Source: an uncultured Collinsella sp. (lineage in GTDB: Bacteria; Actinomycetota; Coriobacteriia; Coriobacteriales; Coriobacteriaceae). Taken from it: a stretch of 64,000 bases of DNA. Position numbers and translations under genes: made by a program. Numbering within the stretch: position 1 is the first letter of the stretch; each line of letters begins with the position of its first letter. This document shows, in pieces, positions 46,526 through 56,036 of this stretch. Location: positions 22,415 through 86,414 of the forward strand of contig URBQ01000003.1 in NCBI GenBank assembly GCA_900546115.1. The letters run 5' to 3'. A model generated the notes under the pieces. That model ran no database searches. It was not told where the DNA came from and saw only the letters and a program-made list of their open reading frames with translations.

Positions 46526-47653
46526 ATGAGCAAGCTAAAACTTATGGTGGTTATGGGCACCCGCCCGGAAATCATCAAGTTGTCCGAAATCGTGCGCAAA
46601 GCCGATAAGTACTTCGACCTCTCTATCGTGCATACAGGGCAGAATTACGACTATGAACTGAATAAAGTATTCTTCGATGACCTCGGCATTCGAGAGCCCG
46701 ATCACTATTTAGGCGTGGTCGGCGACGACCTTGGCCAGACTATGGGCAATGTGATTTCTAAATCTTATAAGCTCTTTTCTGAAGAGCGTCCTGATGCAAT
46801 TTTGGTTCTGGGCGACACAAACTCATGCCTTTGCGTGATTTCCGCAAAACGCCTGAAGATCCCCGTATTCCACATGGAGGCAGGCAACCGATGCAAGGAT
46901 GAGAACCTGCCCGAAGAGGTCATCCGACGTGTGGTAGACGTGACGAGTGACGTGAATCTTTGCTATTCCGAGCATGCGCGCCGATATATCCTTGATACCG
47001 GTGTAAAGCCGGAGAACACATACGTTGTGGGTAGTCCCATGGCAGAGGTTCTGGATCACTGCATGGCGAACATCGAATCATCTACGGTGCTCAATGAACT
47101 CGGTTTGGAAAGCGACGGGTACATCTTACTCTCTGCCCATCGTGAGGAAAATATCGACATCGAGGATAACTTCTTCAGCTTGATGAATGCTGTCAATGCG
47201 TTGGCAGAGAAATACGATGTTCCGGTACTTTATAGCTGCCATCCGCGGAGCGCCAAGATGATAGAGCATCGCGGTTTTAAGTTTGATAGTCGAGTTATCC
47301 AACATAAGCCCCTTGGATTCTTTGATTATAACCAGCTTCAGAGAAATGCCCTGTGCGTCGTTTCCGACTCGGGAACGCTTCCTGAGGAAGCATCCTATTT
47401 CAAGTTCCCTGCGGTTAGCGTGCGAACGTCTACCGAGCGTCCCGAAGCTATGGACGCTGGCGTGTTTTGCGTTGGATCCATTACGGCCGAGCAGGTTCTT
47501 CAAGCGGTCGATCTTGCTGTGACGATGCATGCCAATGGTGATGACGGCATAGAGGTCCCTGCCTACGCCGACCGCAACGTTGCCACGAAGGTGATAAAGC
47601 TCGTTCAGAGCTACACCGGCATTATAAATAAGATGGTGTGGAGGAAGCAGTAG
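46526..47653 (+). CDS. UDP-N-acetylglucosamine 2-epimerase, non-hydrolysing (FnlC/CapG/WbvD type)
   Basis: Translates MSKLKLMVVMGTRPEIIKL, with HTGQNYD and GDTNS motifs. ATG 46526 lies 2 nt after the upstream stop. Confidence 0.88.
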   Translation: MSKLKLMVVMGTRPEIIKLSEIVRKADKYFDLSIVHTGQNYDYELNKVFFDDLGIREPDHYLGVVGDDLGQTMGNVISKSYKLFSEERPDAILVLGDTNSCLCVISAKRLKIPVFHMEAGNRCKDENLPEEVIRRVVDVTSDVNLCYSEHARRYILDTGVKPENTYVVGSPMAEVLDHCMANIESSTVLNELGLESDGYILLSAHREENIDIEDNFFSLMNAVNALAEKYDVPVLYSCHPRSAKMIEHRGFKFDSRVIQHKPLGFFDYNQLQRNALCVVSDSGTLPEEASYFKFPAVSVRTSTERPEAMDAGVFCVGSITAEQVLQAVDLAVTMHANGDDGIEVPAYADRNVATKVIKLVQSYTGIINKMVWRKQ

Positions 47654-47654
47654 C

Positions 47655-48791
47655 GTGAAATACGTTCAGATTAACGCGTATTCGGGCGGTTGGGCTGATT
47701 CAATCATATTCAAGAAACACCGCGAGCTCATCGCCAGGGGCGAAGAGTCATGGGTTTTTTGGGCTCGCGGCAACCACGAGCAAGATGAGCATATGCAGTG
47801 CATCGCCTCATACCCCGAGGTATGCGTCGACGTGCTGCAAACGCGCTTGGACGGAAAACCTGGCTTCCATTCAAAGGGCATCACGCGCAGGCTGCTGGCG
47901 AAACTCGACGAGATAGACCCTGATGTGGTGCACCTACATCTGCTGCTCGGTTACTACATCAACATTGAAATGCTCTTTAATTGGCTTGCGAGCCACCGCT
48001 GCAAGGTAGTTTGGACTCTGCACGACTGCTGGGCGTTTACGGGGCATTGCATCTACTTTACATATGTGAAGTGCATGCAGTGGAAGACTAGGTGCGCCGC
48101 GTGCACTTCATGTCCGCAAAAACGGACGTACCCCGAAACGCTTGCGAGCGACGGCGCGGTGCGTTGGTCGTTCGATCAAAAGAAACGCTTGTTCACCATG
48201 CTATCGCCTGAGCGCGTGCAACTTGTAACGCCCTCGCAATGGCTTGCCGATCTGGTAAGGCAGAGTTTCTTGGCCAAATACGACGTAAAAGTCGTAAACA
48301 ACACCATCAATTCCGATGTTTTCAAGCCTACGCAGAGCGACTTTCGTGAGCGCTATAACATAGGCGAGCGTTTTATGGTTTTGGGCGTTGCATCGAAGTG
48401 GAGCAAGCGCAAAGGCTTGCCTGACTTCGTGCGACTGGCTAAGGAACTCGACAGTGAGGGTTTCGCCCTGGTGCTTGTGGGTCTGAACGATAAGCAGATA
48501 GAGCAAGTGCAAAGTGAGGTTTCAACTGTCGTGGCCTTGGGCAAGACTAGTACCGTCCAAGAGCTCGCCGAGGTCTACACTGCAGTCGACGTGTTCTTCA
48601 ACCCAACCAACGAGGACAACTATCCTACGGTCAATTTGGAAGCCGAGGCCTGCGGCACACGCGTGGTGTCCTACGATACTGGCGGTTGCCGGGAAACATT
48701 GCGCCGCGCGGATTCTCATGTTGTTGACAACGTGTTCGAGGCCCTAGAGACCATTCTTTCTTTGCATGAAAGAACCGACGCGGCAAGCTGA
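47655..48791 (+). CDS. Glycosyltransferase (GT4-like)
   Basis: GTG start after GGAGGAAG. Motif TLHDCWAFTGHC...C..CP is typical of a GT4 subgroup; C-terminal motif NLEAEACGTRVVSYDTGG. Confidence 0.7.
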   Translation: MKYVQINAYSGGWADSIIFKKHRELIARGEESWVFWARGNHEQDEHMQCIASYPEVCVDVLQTRLDGKPGFHSKGITRRLLAKLDEIDPDVVHLHLLLGYYINIEMLFNWLASHRCKVVWTLHDCWAFTGHCIYFTYVKCMQWKTRCAACTSCPQKRTYPETLASDGAVRWSFDQKKRLFTMLSPERVQLVTPSQWLADLVRQSFLAKYDVKVVNNTINSDVFKPTQSDFRERYNIGERFMVLGVASKWSKRKGLPDFVRLAKELDSEGFALVLVGLNDKQIEQVQSEVSTVVALGKTSTVQELAEVYTAVDVFFNPTNEDNYPTVNLEAEACGTRVVSYDTGGCRETLRRADSHVVDNVFEALETILSLHERTDAAS

Positions 48792-48830
48792 CAATAGCTA
48801 TTAGGCGGGGATGTTCCGAATGGGAACGGA

Positions 48831-50297
48831 ATGATAGAGGTGAATACACTGAATGCCATAACCGTGTCTAAAAAGGCTGGAGTTATTAACGATCGCACTT
48901 ATATAAAGGATGCTAAATCGTTTCTTACGGTTTTTCTGCTTTCTTTACTATTGATCGGCGGGGCCATTTGGACATTCTTTGAGGCAATTGGCACGACGAC
49001 TCCCGTAGAGTCAGAGTATTTCATTGCGCTCACGTTCGAAGGCTTCTATTTTGCTGCTGCAATTTTAGTGAGGCACTTCAGACGCCCCGTTTATATGTTC
49101 GAACCTTACGTAATTATTACAGTTGTTTATATTCTTGTGTATCACGTTGCTGCGGTGTTTCAGCTCTCTGCGGGAGAAACTGTTCGTTACGGTGTGGATT
49201 CCACCAAATATGCGTTAATCGGCTGTATTTTTGTAGTGCTTGGTCATATTGCTTTTACAGTTGCGTATGGACTTGAGTCAAATAGCTGCTCGAATAAGAG
49301 GTTAAAAGCTTTCTATAAAGATGTAGCAAATGAACATACAATAGTAAGAACGGCATACATTATCTATGCTTTTTCGCTTGCATTGTATCTGGCGTATCAA
49401 CTGAGTAGGGGATTCAGCCTGTCATATGTTTTATCGGGAGGTCTCGCTTCACAGGGTGACCTTACGGTTAACGACAGCCCACTCAGTTTTCTCTCATATT
49501 GCAGTTACTCGCTAATTAGCGCCTGGCTTCTCATTTATATGTTCGGGCGAAACCGAATTATTAAACTTGCTGCTGGTTTCATTATGCTTGGCGTGATTTT
49601 CTTCGGAGGAAGTCGCGCTCCTTTGCTCATTCCTTTATTGGCGTGCGCTGCGCTGCACTATATCCGCAAGAATTCGTCTCCCGCACTTACAAATGTACTT
49701 GTCCTTGTCGGCGCACTCGTACTGATATTCGCCGTTATGCAGGTTGCTCGCGTTGGCATTCGAGCGGGAGCGGGTCTTGATATGCATGGCGTCGATATGG
49801 CCGGTCTCTTTGAACCTTTCTATGCGGAAATCGATGACTTTAAGGTCTATTACGGAATTTTTGGCGTTGTCCCTGGTCTCCATTCTTTCCTATATGGAAA
49901 GCAAATGATTATCGGATCGCTAACGCTGTTTATTCCTCGTGCGATTTGGCCTGGAAAGCCTCAGCCAATTATTTATGAAATCATCAATCATCTCTACGGT
50001 CAAAGAGCTGTTCTTGACGGTGTTGCATACCCGAATTTGAGCGAGTATTACGTCGAATTTGGATTTGTTGGCATCATCGTTTGCATGTTCATTCTTGGGT
50101 TGCTGTGCCGTTATTGCCGAAGTCTATTTACTGAAGGAGGTAAAAACTCACTCGCGCTTGCGATGTACTGTGTTATTTTTCCCGCGCTATTCCAGGTCAT
50201 TATTCGTGGATATATGCCGCAAAATTTCTCAATGCTCGTTTTCCTTCTTGCTCCAATCGCAATAGCTGAGCTTCTAAACAAATGTAATTGTGAATAA
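48831..50297 (+). CDS. wzy: Polysaccharide repeat-unit polymerase (Wzy-like polytopic membrane protein)
   Basis: 488 aa with about 10-12 predicted TM helices and a large loop. Low GC, position next to wzx, no other recognisable motif. Confidence 0.55.
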   Translation: MIEVNTLNAITVSKKAGVINDRTYIKDAKSFLTVFLLSLLLIGGAIWTFFEAIGTTTPVESEYFIALTFEGFYFAAAILVRHFRRPVYMFEPYVIITVVYILVYHVAAVFQLSAGETVRYGVDSTKYALIGCIFVVLGHIAFTVAYGLESNSCSNKRLKAFYKDVANEHTIVRTAYIIYAFSLALYLAYQLSRGFSLSYVLSGGLASQGDLTVNDSPLSFLSYCSYSLISAWLLIYMFGRNRIIKLAAGFIMLGVIFFGGSRAPLLIPLLACAALHYIRKNSSPALTNVLVLVGALVLIFAVMQVARVGIRAGAGLDMHGVDMAGLFEPFYAEIDDFKVYYGIFGVVPGLHSFLYGKQMIIGSLTLFIPRAIWPGKPQPIIYEIINHLYGQRAVLDGVAYPNLSEYYVEFGFVGIIVCMFILGLLCRYCRSLFTEGGKNSLALAMYCVIFPALFQVIIRGYMPQNFSMLVFLLAPIAIAELLNKCNCE

Positions 50298-50338
50298 CCG
50301 AACGGTTTTTTGAGAATTAATCGCAGGCAACGTGCCGG

Positions 50339-51826
50339 ATGAGCGCGAATGCCGACCCATACGATTGGAGTGTTGTGCTAGGTAAGGTAGTTTCCAAATA
50401 CCGCACGATGTCTTTGCCCGTGAAAGCGGGTTTGTGGTTTACGTTATGCGAGATAATTCAGCGAGGGCTATCTGTCATATCGATGCCCATATTTACACGG
50501 TTGTTCTCGATCGATGAGTATGGATCTTACAGCCTTTATGTAACTTGGGTTATGTTGTTTGGCCTTGTGATTACCCTTAATATACAACAAGAGGTATTCA
50601 ACAAGGGCATGTCTGATCATGAATACGAGCGTCCTGATTATTCAACGTCCCAGGCAGTTCTCATTACGACTTTAATCGTAATGTTTTACCTGTTGTACCT
50701 CCTGCTCCAGTTTCCTATTAACGCATTCACAGGCATGGGGACTCTTCTGACCTCCCTTATGTTTATTGACATTTGGACTTCTGCAATTGTCACGCTTTGG
50801 CTTACCCGTCGTCGCTTTGAATATGCGTACAAACCTCTCTTGACCGTAACACTCGGTATATCCATCGTTAGCATTGGCATCGGAATAGTTGCTGTGCAAC
50901 TGGCACCCAGCGGTTATAAGGTACTTGCGCGAGTAGTGAGCAATCTCGCTCCTTATTTAGCAGCCACGGTAGTTGTGATGATTGACTTTCTTAAGCACTC
51001 GCGGCACTGCTTTGACCGTGACTGGTGGAGTGCTTCGGTCAAGATGGGCGTGCCCCTCACGCCGCATTACGCATCGCAGGTATTGCTCAATCAAGCCGAC
51101 AAAGTCCTGATCAGCTGGTTTCTCGACAACGCCAAAGTTGCAATCTACGGGGTGGCACACTCCGCTGGTCTTTTGCTTGTTATGGTCAGCAACGGTATCA
51201 ACTCATCGCTTGTACCATGGCTCTATAGTAAGCTGAAATCGGGCGATTGTCGCTCTATTGCGGGTGTGTCTAACGCTGCGGCTCTGCTTGTCGCCGTGCT
51301 GGTGTTTATCCTTATGCTTCTGGCGCCGGAGTGCGTTGCTGTGCTTGCAACGGGAGATTATGCGGAAGCAATATGGTGTATTCCGCCCATAGCTACTGGT
51401 GTTGTGTTTACTTTTCTCTACACCTTGTTTGTGAACGTCGAAATTTACTACGGCAAAGCAGGCTATGTGGCAACCGCATCGGTACTGTCGGCTGTTTTGA
51501 ATATCGTCCTAAACGTTATCGCTATCCCGCTGTTCGGATATATCGCCTCCGCATACGTTACGGCTGTCTGCTATATGGGTACCGCTATGCTTCATTACTT
51601 GTTTATGAAGAAGACGCTCAAGAGCAAGGGAGTGGGCCTTCGTATCTATGATGCCAGGTTCCTGTGCTTTATTGGCGCTTTGACATGCCTTTTTGCGGCG
51701 ATATCGCTTGTTCTTTACACGCTCGGGCCCGTACGCTACGCATTCGTTGTGGCACTTTTATTTTGCATATTCGCATGTCGCAATCGTTTACGCTCTCAAT
51801 TCAAATCGATTCGTAGCAAAGGATAG
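50339..51826 (+). CDS. wzx: Polysaccharide flippase (Wzx, MOP superfamily)
   Basis: 495 aa with about 12-14 TM helices. N-terminal pattern (LW FTLCEIIQRGLSVISMPIFTRLFSIDEYG) is typical of the polysaccharide biosynthesis protein family. Confidence 0.7.
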   Translation: MSANADPYDWSVVLGKVVSKYRTMSLPVKAGLWFTLCEIIQRGLSVISMPIFTRLFSIDEYGSYSLYVTWVMLFGLVITLNIQQEVFNKGMSDHEYERPDYSTSQAVLITTLIVMFYLLYLLLQFPINAFTGMGTLLTSLMFIDIWTSAIVTLWLTRRRFEYAYKPLLTVTLGISIVSIGIGIVAVQLAPSGYKVLARVVSNLAPYLAATVVVMIDFLKHSRHCFDRDWWSASVKMGVPLTPHYASQVLLNQADKVLISWFLDNAKVAIYGVAHSAGLLLVMVSNGINSSLVPWLYSKLKSGDCRSIAGVSNAAALLVAVLVFILMLLAPECVAVLATGDYAEAIWCIPPIATGVVFTFLYTLFVNVEIYYGKAGYVATASVLSAVLNIVLNVIAIPLFGYIASAYVTAVCYMGTAMLHYLFMKKTLKSKGVGLRIYDARFLCFIGALTCLFAAISLVLYTLGPVRYAFVVALLFCIFACRNRLRSQFKSIRSKG

Positions 51827-51836
51827 GGTTCATTCC

Positions 51837-53099
51837 ATGAAAATAATCGTCGCGCACCCACAGCGCCAACATTCATATCGACTGGCCGAAGCACTCAATC
51901 GTTCTCATATGCTTGAGGCATATTGCACAACGGTTTACTATCGTCCCCATACCTTAACGGCAATGGCGGCAAGATTATTGCCACCATTTTGGAGAAAGAA
52001 AGCAACTGCCAGGCATAGCAATGGTCTGCCGAACGAATTGGTGATTCAATACTCGGAGTTCGGTGGACTTGCATTTTTGTTCACGCATAATCTGTCGTTT
52101 GCGAAGCGCTGGTGCTCACAAGTTGAGCGTATTGTCGACGACCGTTTCGCTCGAAAAGTCGCTAAACTTGTTGCAAAGACCAGAGCCGACGCCATTGTTG
52201 GATACGACGGCCATTCTGCCGTTCTATTTGAAGATGTGAAGCGCCTGTCGCCCTCTACGATCTGCATAGCCGATATGTCGGCCGGTAATGCCCTCTATTT
52301 ACGCTCAGTGTACGAAAAGGACGTTAAACTCAATCCCGACTTCTCGGATAGCCTTCACGGCTGGAAGAGGATCTGGAATCCGGTTGACGTTGATAGGACA
52401 AAGCGCGAACTTGCGGCTACCGATGCTTTTTTGTGTGGCTCGACATTTGTTGAGCGCACCCTTGGCTATTCGGGAATCCCTCAGGACAAATGCAGGGTGT
52501 GCCACTATGGCGTTGATGTCTCCTCTTTTTTATATGCCCCGCGCCAGGCGAAAGCGGATGATGAGCCGTTGACCTTTGTGTATCTTGGGCAAGTTGCTGA
52601 GCACAAGGGGATTTCCTACCTTCTGGAGGCGTTCAGAGATATTGAAGCATCGCGTGCGCGACTTGTTTGCGTGGGCGCTATCTGCATCCCGGATTCGATT
52701 ATTGCCTCACTCCCCTCAAACATTGAGTTTAAAGGAATGGTTCAGCATGATGAAGTGTCTGAACTGCTGCTTTCTGCCGATGTGATGCTCTTCCCATCGC
52801 TTGGAGATGGGTTTTCCCTCTCAATCATGGAGGGCTTTGCCTCGGGGTTGCCTGTGGTTTGCTCAGATAACACGGGTGCGGCCGATTGTGTGGTTGAAGG
52901 AGAGAACGGGTTTGTAGTGCCTACGCAGGACGCAGCAGCGCTTCGCGACAAAATCAACTGGTTCCTCGACAATCGAAGTAAGATTCCGGGCATGGCGGAG
53001 GCAGCACGAAAGTGCGCTCTGAATACGACTTGGGATGACTATTACACGAATGCGGCTATTGCAATTACGGAATTGGTAGAGAAGGCGCGCTGTGAGTGA
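51837..53099 (+). CDS. Glycosyltransferase family 4 (GT-B, EX7E motif)
   Basis: MKIIVAHPQRQHSY start at ATG 51837 (the track ORF starts upstream inside wzx). C-terminal motif PSLGDGFSLSIMEGFASGLPVVCSDNTGAADCVVEGENG. Confidence 0.78.
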   Translation: MKIIVAHPQRQHSYRLAEALNRSHMLEAYCTTVYYRPHTLTAMAARLLPPFWRKKATARHSNGLPNELVIQYSEFGGLAFLFTHNLSFAKRWCSQVERIVDDRFARKVAKLVAKTRADAIVGYDGHSAVLFEDVKRLSPSTICIADMSAGNALYLRSVYEKDVKLNPDFSDSLHGWKRIWNPVDVDRTKRELAATDAFLCGSTFVERTLGYSGIPQDKCRVCHYGVDVSSFLYAPRQAKADDEPLTFVYLGQVAEHKGISYLLEAFRDIEASRARLVCVGAICIPDSIIASLPSNIEFKGMVQHDEVSELLLSADVMLFPSLGDGFSLSIMEGFASGLPVVCSDNTGAADCVVEGENGFVVPTQDAAALRDKINWFLDNRSKIPGMAEAARKCALNTTWDDYYTNAAIAITELVEKARCE

Positions 53100-53853
53100 T
53101 GGCAAAAACAAGGTATACCTGCTTGGCGACAGTATTACACAGGGGCTCGGCAGCAAGAAAGTCAACTTTTCTGGCGAACTCTCGCAACTACTGGGAGAAT
53201 CTTACGATGTTGTAAACCTTGCCTATACTGGCACGATGGTCGATTACGCCTTGAAGCTGCTGGATGAGAATAAAGTACGCTTTACAAGGGATGGCGATGT
53301 GTGCGTCGTGTTGTACGGCAATGTTGATGCGCAAGTTCGACCCAGCCGTACAGGTCACGTTTTCCCGCACATTCCCAATAGATTCCAGGGTGGAGGCATG
53401 CTCATGCCGCGCCCTTTCTATTCATGCACGCTCGCGAAGCGTATGGGACAGCATGCTGATAACCTTTGCAGAAAAGTGCTGTCGGGGGTGATCAAGCTTG
53501 TTGACGGTACGGAGCAATGGATGCCCCTGGATTCGTTTTCGCCCCAGTATGCAAAGCTGCTTGACCGCCTGCTGGACTTGGGCTTCAAAGTTGTTCCCTG
53601 CTCATGCGTTTACATCAGCGAGAAGTTATTCCCGGGTACGCCCGAGCAGTACGAACTGTATAACCAAAGGATTTGCTCCCTGGCTTTGGAGCGCTCCCTA
53701 GGTTTCATCGATTTCTATTGCCTGTTCAAGTCTCAGGTCGATGTTTCAGGCTGGGATTCCTGCTACAACAAAGATCGTTTTCATCCCAATGGCGAGGGGT
53801 ATCGCCTGATGGCGGAGCGTATTGCAACCCAGATCGAAAAGATAAATCGCTAA
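53092..53853 (+). CDS. SGNH/GDSL-family hydrolase (possible glycan O-acyl esterase/transferase)
   Basis: Block I YLLGDSITQG and block V DRFHPNGEGY. GTG start overlaps the upstream stop. Confidence 0.7.
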   Translation: MSDGKNKVYLLGDSITQGLGSKKVNFSGELSQLLGESYDVVNLAYTGTMVDYALKLLDENKVRFTRDGDVCVVLYGNVDAQVRPSRTGHVFPHIPNRFQGGGMLMPRPFYSCTLAKRMGQHADNLCRKVLSGVIKLVDGTEQWMPLDSFSPQYAKLLDRLLDLGFKVVPCSCVYISEKLFPGTPEQYELYNQRICSLALERSLGFIDFYCLFKSQVDVSGWDSCYNKDRFHPNGEGYRLMAERIATQIEKINR

Positions 53854-54089
53854 AAATTTTTATGAGTGCATTTTAACCCACAAACGCTATTTCCCCTGTG
53901 ACTAAACCCCTCAAACCCTGAGTCTCGGTATCTCGATTTCTTCAAGCGAAATGAGAGCAACAGCAGCGTGAACCTGATCGTAGGCGGTTTGCAGATTGAG
54001 GCTGATCGTGATGCTCGAGTACTGCTGGACGGCGGATGCCTTCGCGGAGATGTCCGATGCGGAACCCGTCATGCCTATCGTCTCATCAG

Positions 54090-54527
54090 CATCGCACGGT
54101 GCTCTTTCAGCGATTTAAAAAGGGAGTTCTGCCGAGCGAATTGGCGTTACTTTCTAAGGAAAATTTGAATGTTTATGGTATAAGTTCTACTTCTACCAAT
54201 GAGCAATACCGTGAGTTAATGGAGCCTGGGGCAGTTAATTATCCACAACGTCTAACCGCGCTCAAATATTTTCATGACAAGGGGACGAAAACCTGGGTTA
54301 CTATGGAGCCATATCCCACTCCGAACGTTTTCGATCAGGATTTAAGCCAAGTACTCGAAAAGATAACCTTTGTCGATCGTATTGTGTTCGGTAACACACA
54401 TTGCGACAAGAGAACTACCGCGTTTGTCGAACATGAAGGCACTTACCGAACTTCTGCAGAGAAGGTCAAGGCTTTTTGTGTTAAGCATAAGATTGAATGT
54501 CATATAAAAAAGGGAATGGTGAGGTGA
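54090..54527 (+). pseudogene. Probable C-terminal remnant of a radical-SAM (SplB/DNA-photolyase-like) protein
   Basis: The segment ...NVYGISSTSTNEQYRELMEPGAVNYPQRLTALKYFHDKGTKTWVTMEPYP... resembles the distal TIM-barrel strands of that family. No CxxxCxxC cluster motif lies upstream in any frame. Confidence 0.35.
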
Positions 54528-54537
54528 GGTGATTGGA

Positions 54538-54879
54538 ATGAAGATCGGTCGTCAGGACCGTCCTGCAGAAGCCTTGGTTGTCGAAGCCTGGCCAATTATC
54601 TGCATTGGTGTCGGTGAAGGCATCGAGTCATTTTCGGGACGTGAATTCGAAGGATTCACAAGGTTCCTTAATCACGATAACGCCATCACACCCGAACGCT
54701 TCCCTGGACTCTGTACGTCCAAGAGCGACTGCTGCGGCTGTACTGCTTGCGCTTTTTCGTGCCCCAAGGACGCAGTCTTGTTGTTTCCCGTTGATGAGGG
54801 CTTCCTATATCTCGCTATCGATGCATCCGCCTGTATCGGCTGTAGGGCCTGCCTTAAAGCATGTCCGCTAAAGGGTTAG
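54538..54879 (+). pseudogene. Truncated 2x[4Fe-4S] ferredoxin module (N-terminal part of FrhB-like proteins that accompany polysaccharide pyruvyl transferases)
   Basis: CCGCTACAFSCPKDAV...EGFLY...ACIGCRACLKACP is followed directly by a stop. The catalytic body normally following this module is absent. Confidence 0.4.
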
Positions 54880-55805
54880 TAATGGGATTTGCGCTCAGGT
54901 ATAAGCTAGAGAACCTCGCTCGCTACGGAAAGCAGGGCACCGGGCGGCTATCTGAATATCGAGGGTATAGCCATGGGCTCAAAAGCGGCATTCCTGTTTA
55001 TTTGACCTCCTACGGGTCTCTTTCTGCGGTTTGCGTAGGCGTCTCTTGGCTACTCAAGCTTTGCGCGGAATCGCTGATCACCGAGAATAGATTGCCCGCA
55101 TTCCTTGTCACCGCATGTGGCATGCTTTCTATGCTGCCTTTCTCGACGCTTTTCTTCGGATTTTTTCTGGCGCTCCTCATTTGCTGCTTTCGTCTGATCA
55201 TTTCCATTTCAAAACACAGCCACCTTCTGAGCGCCGTGGAAGGGCTGAACTACAGCTGGAGCAAGAAGACGCATTCCGAAGAGATGCGCATATCAGAGTT
55301 AGCCAGCCACTGCTGTAGTGATATCTGCAAGTGTTTCTCTATCATGCACCCTCATTCGGGAATTGGTTGCGCTGTCAGGCTTTACGATGCCAATACTAAG
55401 AGCTATGTAACGAGGGCGCGCAGTGGGAATCTCGATGACGGGCGCGAGCGTTCTACCGAGTCGCTCTCCTCCAGCAGTTGTCTTCTCGAAGCCCTCGAAA
55501 GTGACCAGCTGCACAATTACACCGTTATTCTCTGCTCCAACACGATGAAAGCGAGAGAGTTAGGGCAGCTCGACAGCGATACTAATTCTATGTCACTCGG
55601 TGATGAGGACAGAAGCCTTTTGATTTCACGACTTATCATGAATGATGGTAATGGCAGTTCGCTCGTCGGCATTCTATACGTAAGCTCGAAAAGGAAGAAT
55701 GCGTTCGGGATTGAGGACATCACCCTCTATCTGCTTCTGCACGACCTATTCAACCACGCTCTCATCACATGCACCGGGCGCGGAGTGACTTCGAATGGGA
55801 GGTAG
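54861..55805 (+). CDS. Hypothetical membrane protein with GAF-like C-terminal domain
   Basis: About 2-3 TM helices (residues ~50-115), then a soluble domain whose pattern (IGCAVRLYD..., ...SSLVGILYVSSKRKNAFGIEDITLYLLLHDLFNHAL) resembles GAF by eye. Alternative start ATG 54882. Confidence 0.4.
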   Translation: MSAKGLVMGFALRYKLENLARYGKQGTGRLSEYRGYSHGLKSGIPVYLTSYGSLSAVCVGVSWLLKLCAESLITENRLPAFLVTACGMLSMLPFSTLFFGFFLALLICCFRLIISISKHSHLLSAVEGLNYSWSKKTHSEEMRISELASHCCSDICKCFSIMHPHSGIGCAVRLYDANTKSYVTRARSGNLDDGRERSTESLSSSSCLLEALESDQLHNYTVILCSNTMKARELGQLDSDTNSMSLGDEDRSLLISRLIMNDGNGSSLVGILYVSSKRKNAFGIEDITLYLLLHDLFNHALITCTGRGVTSNGR

Positions 55806-55808
55806 AAA

Positions 55809-56036
55809 ATGGCTAAGACTAGGGCCAAGACTAGGAAGGTTGGAAAGCGAACCAATATCGAAAAAATCCTTAGGGCGAAGGTTTCCGAGATCGATTCAAG
55901 GACAATTGCAGCGGGCGACGCAGCGACCACTGTACTTTTGAAGAAAATTGCCTCCACCGATGTGCGAGATTACACGAAGCTGAGGAAACAGGGTCCTTCA
56001 GACGAGATAGCCAAGTTGATCTCTTCCCGCATGTAG
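55809..56036 (+). CDS. Small hypothetical protein (75 aa, basic N-terminus)
   Basis: ATG lies 6 nt after GGGAGG and 3 nt after the upstream stop, suggesting translational coupling. No recognisable motif. Confidence 0.4.
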   Translation: MAKTRAKTRKVGKRTNIEKILRAKVSEIDSRTIAAGDAATTVLLKKIASTDVRDYTKLRKQGPSDEIAKLISSRM

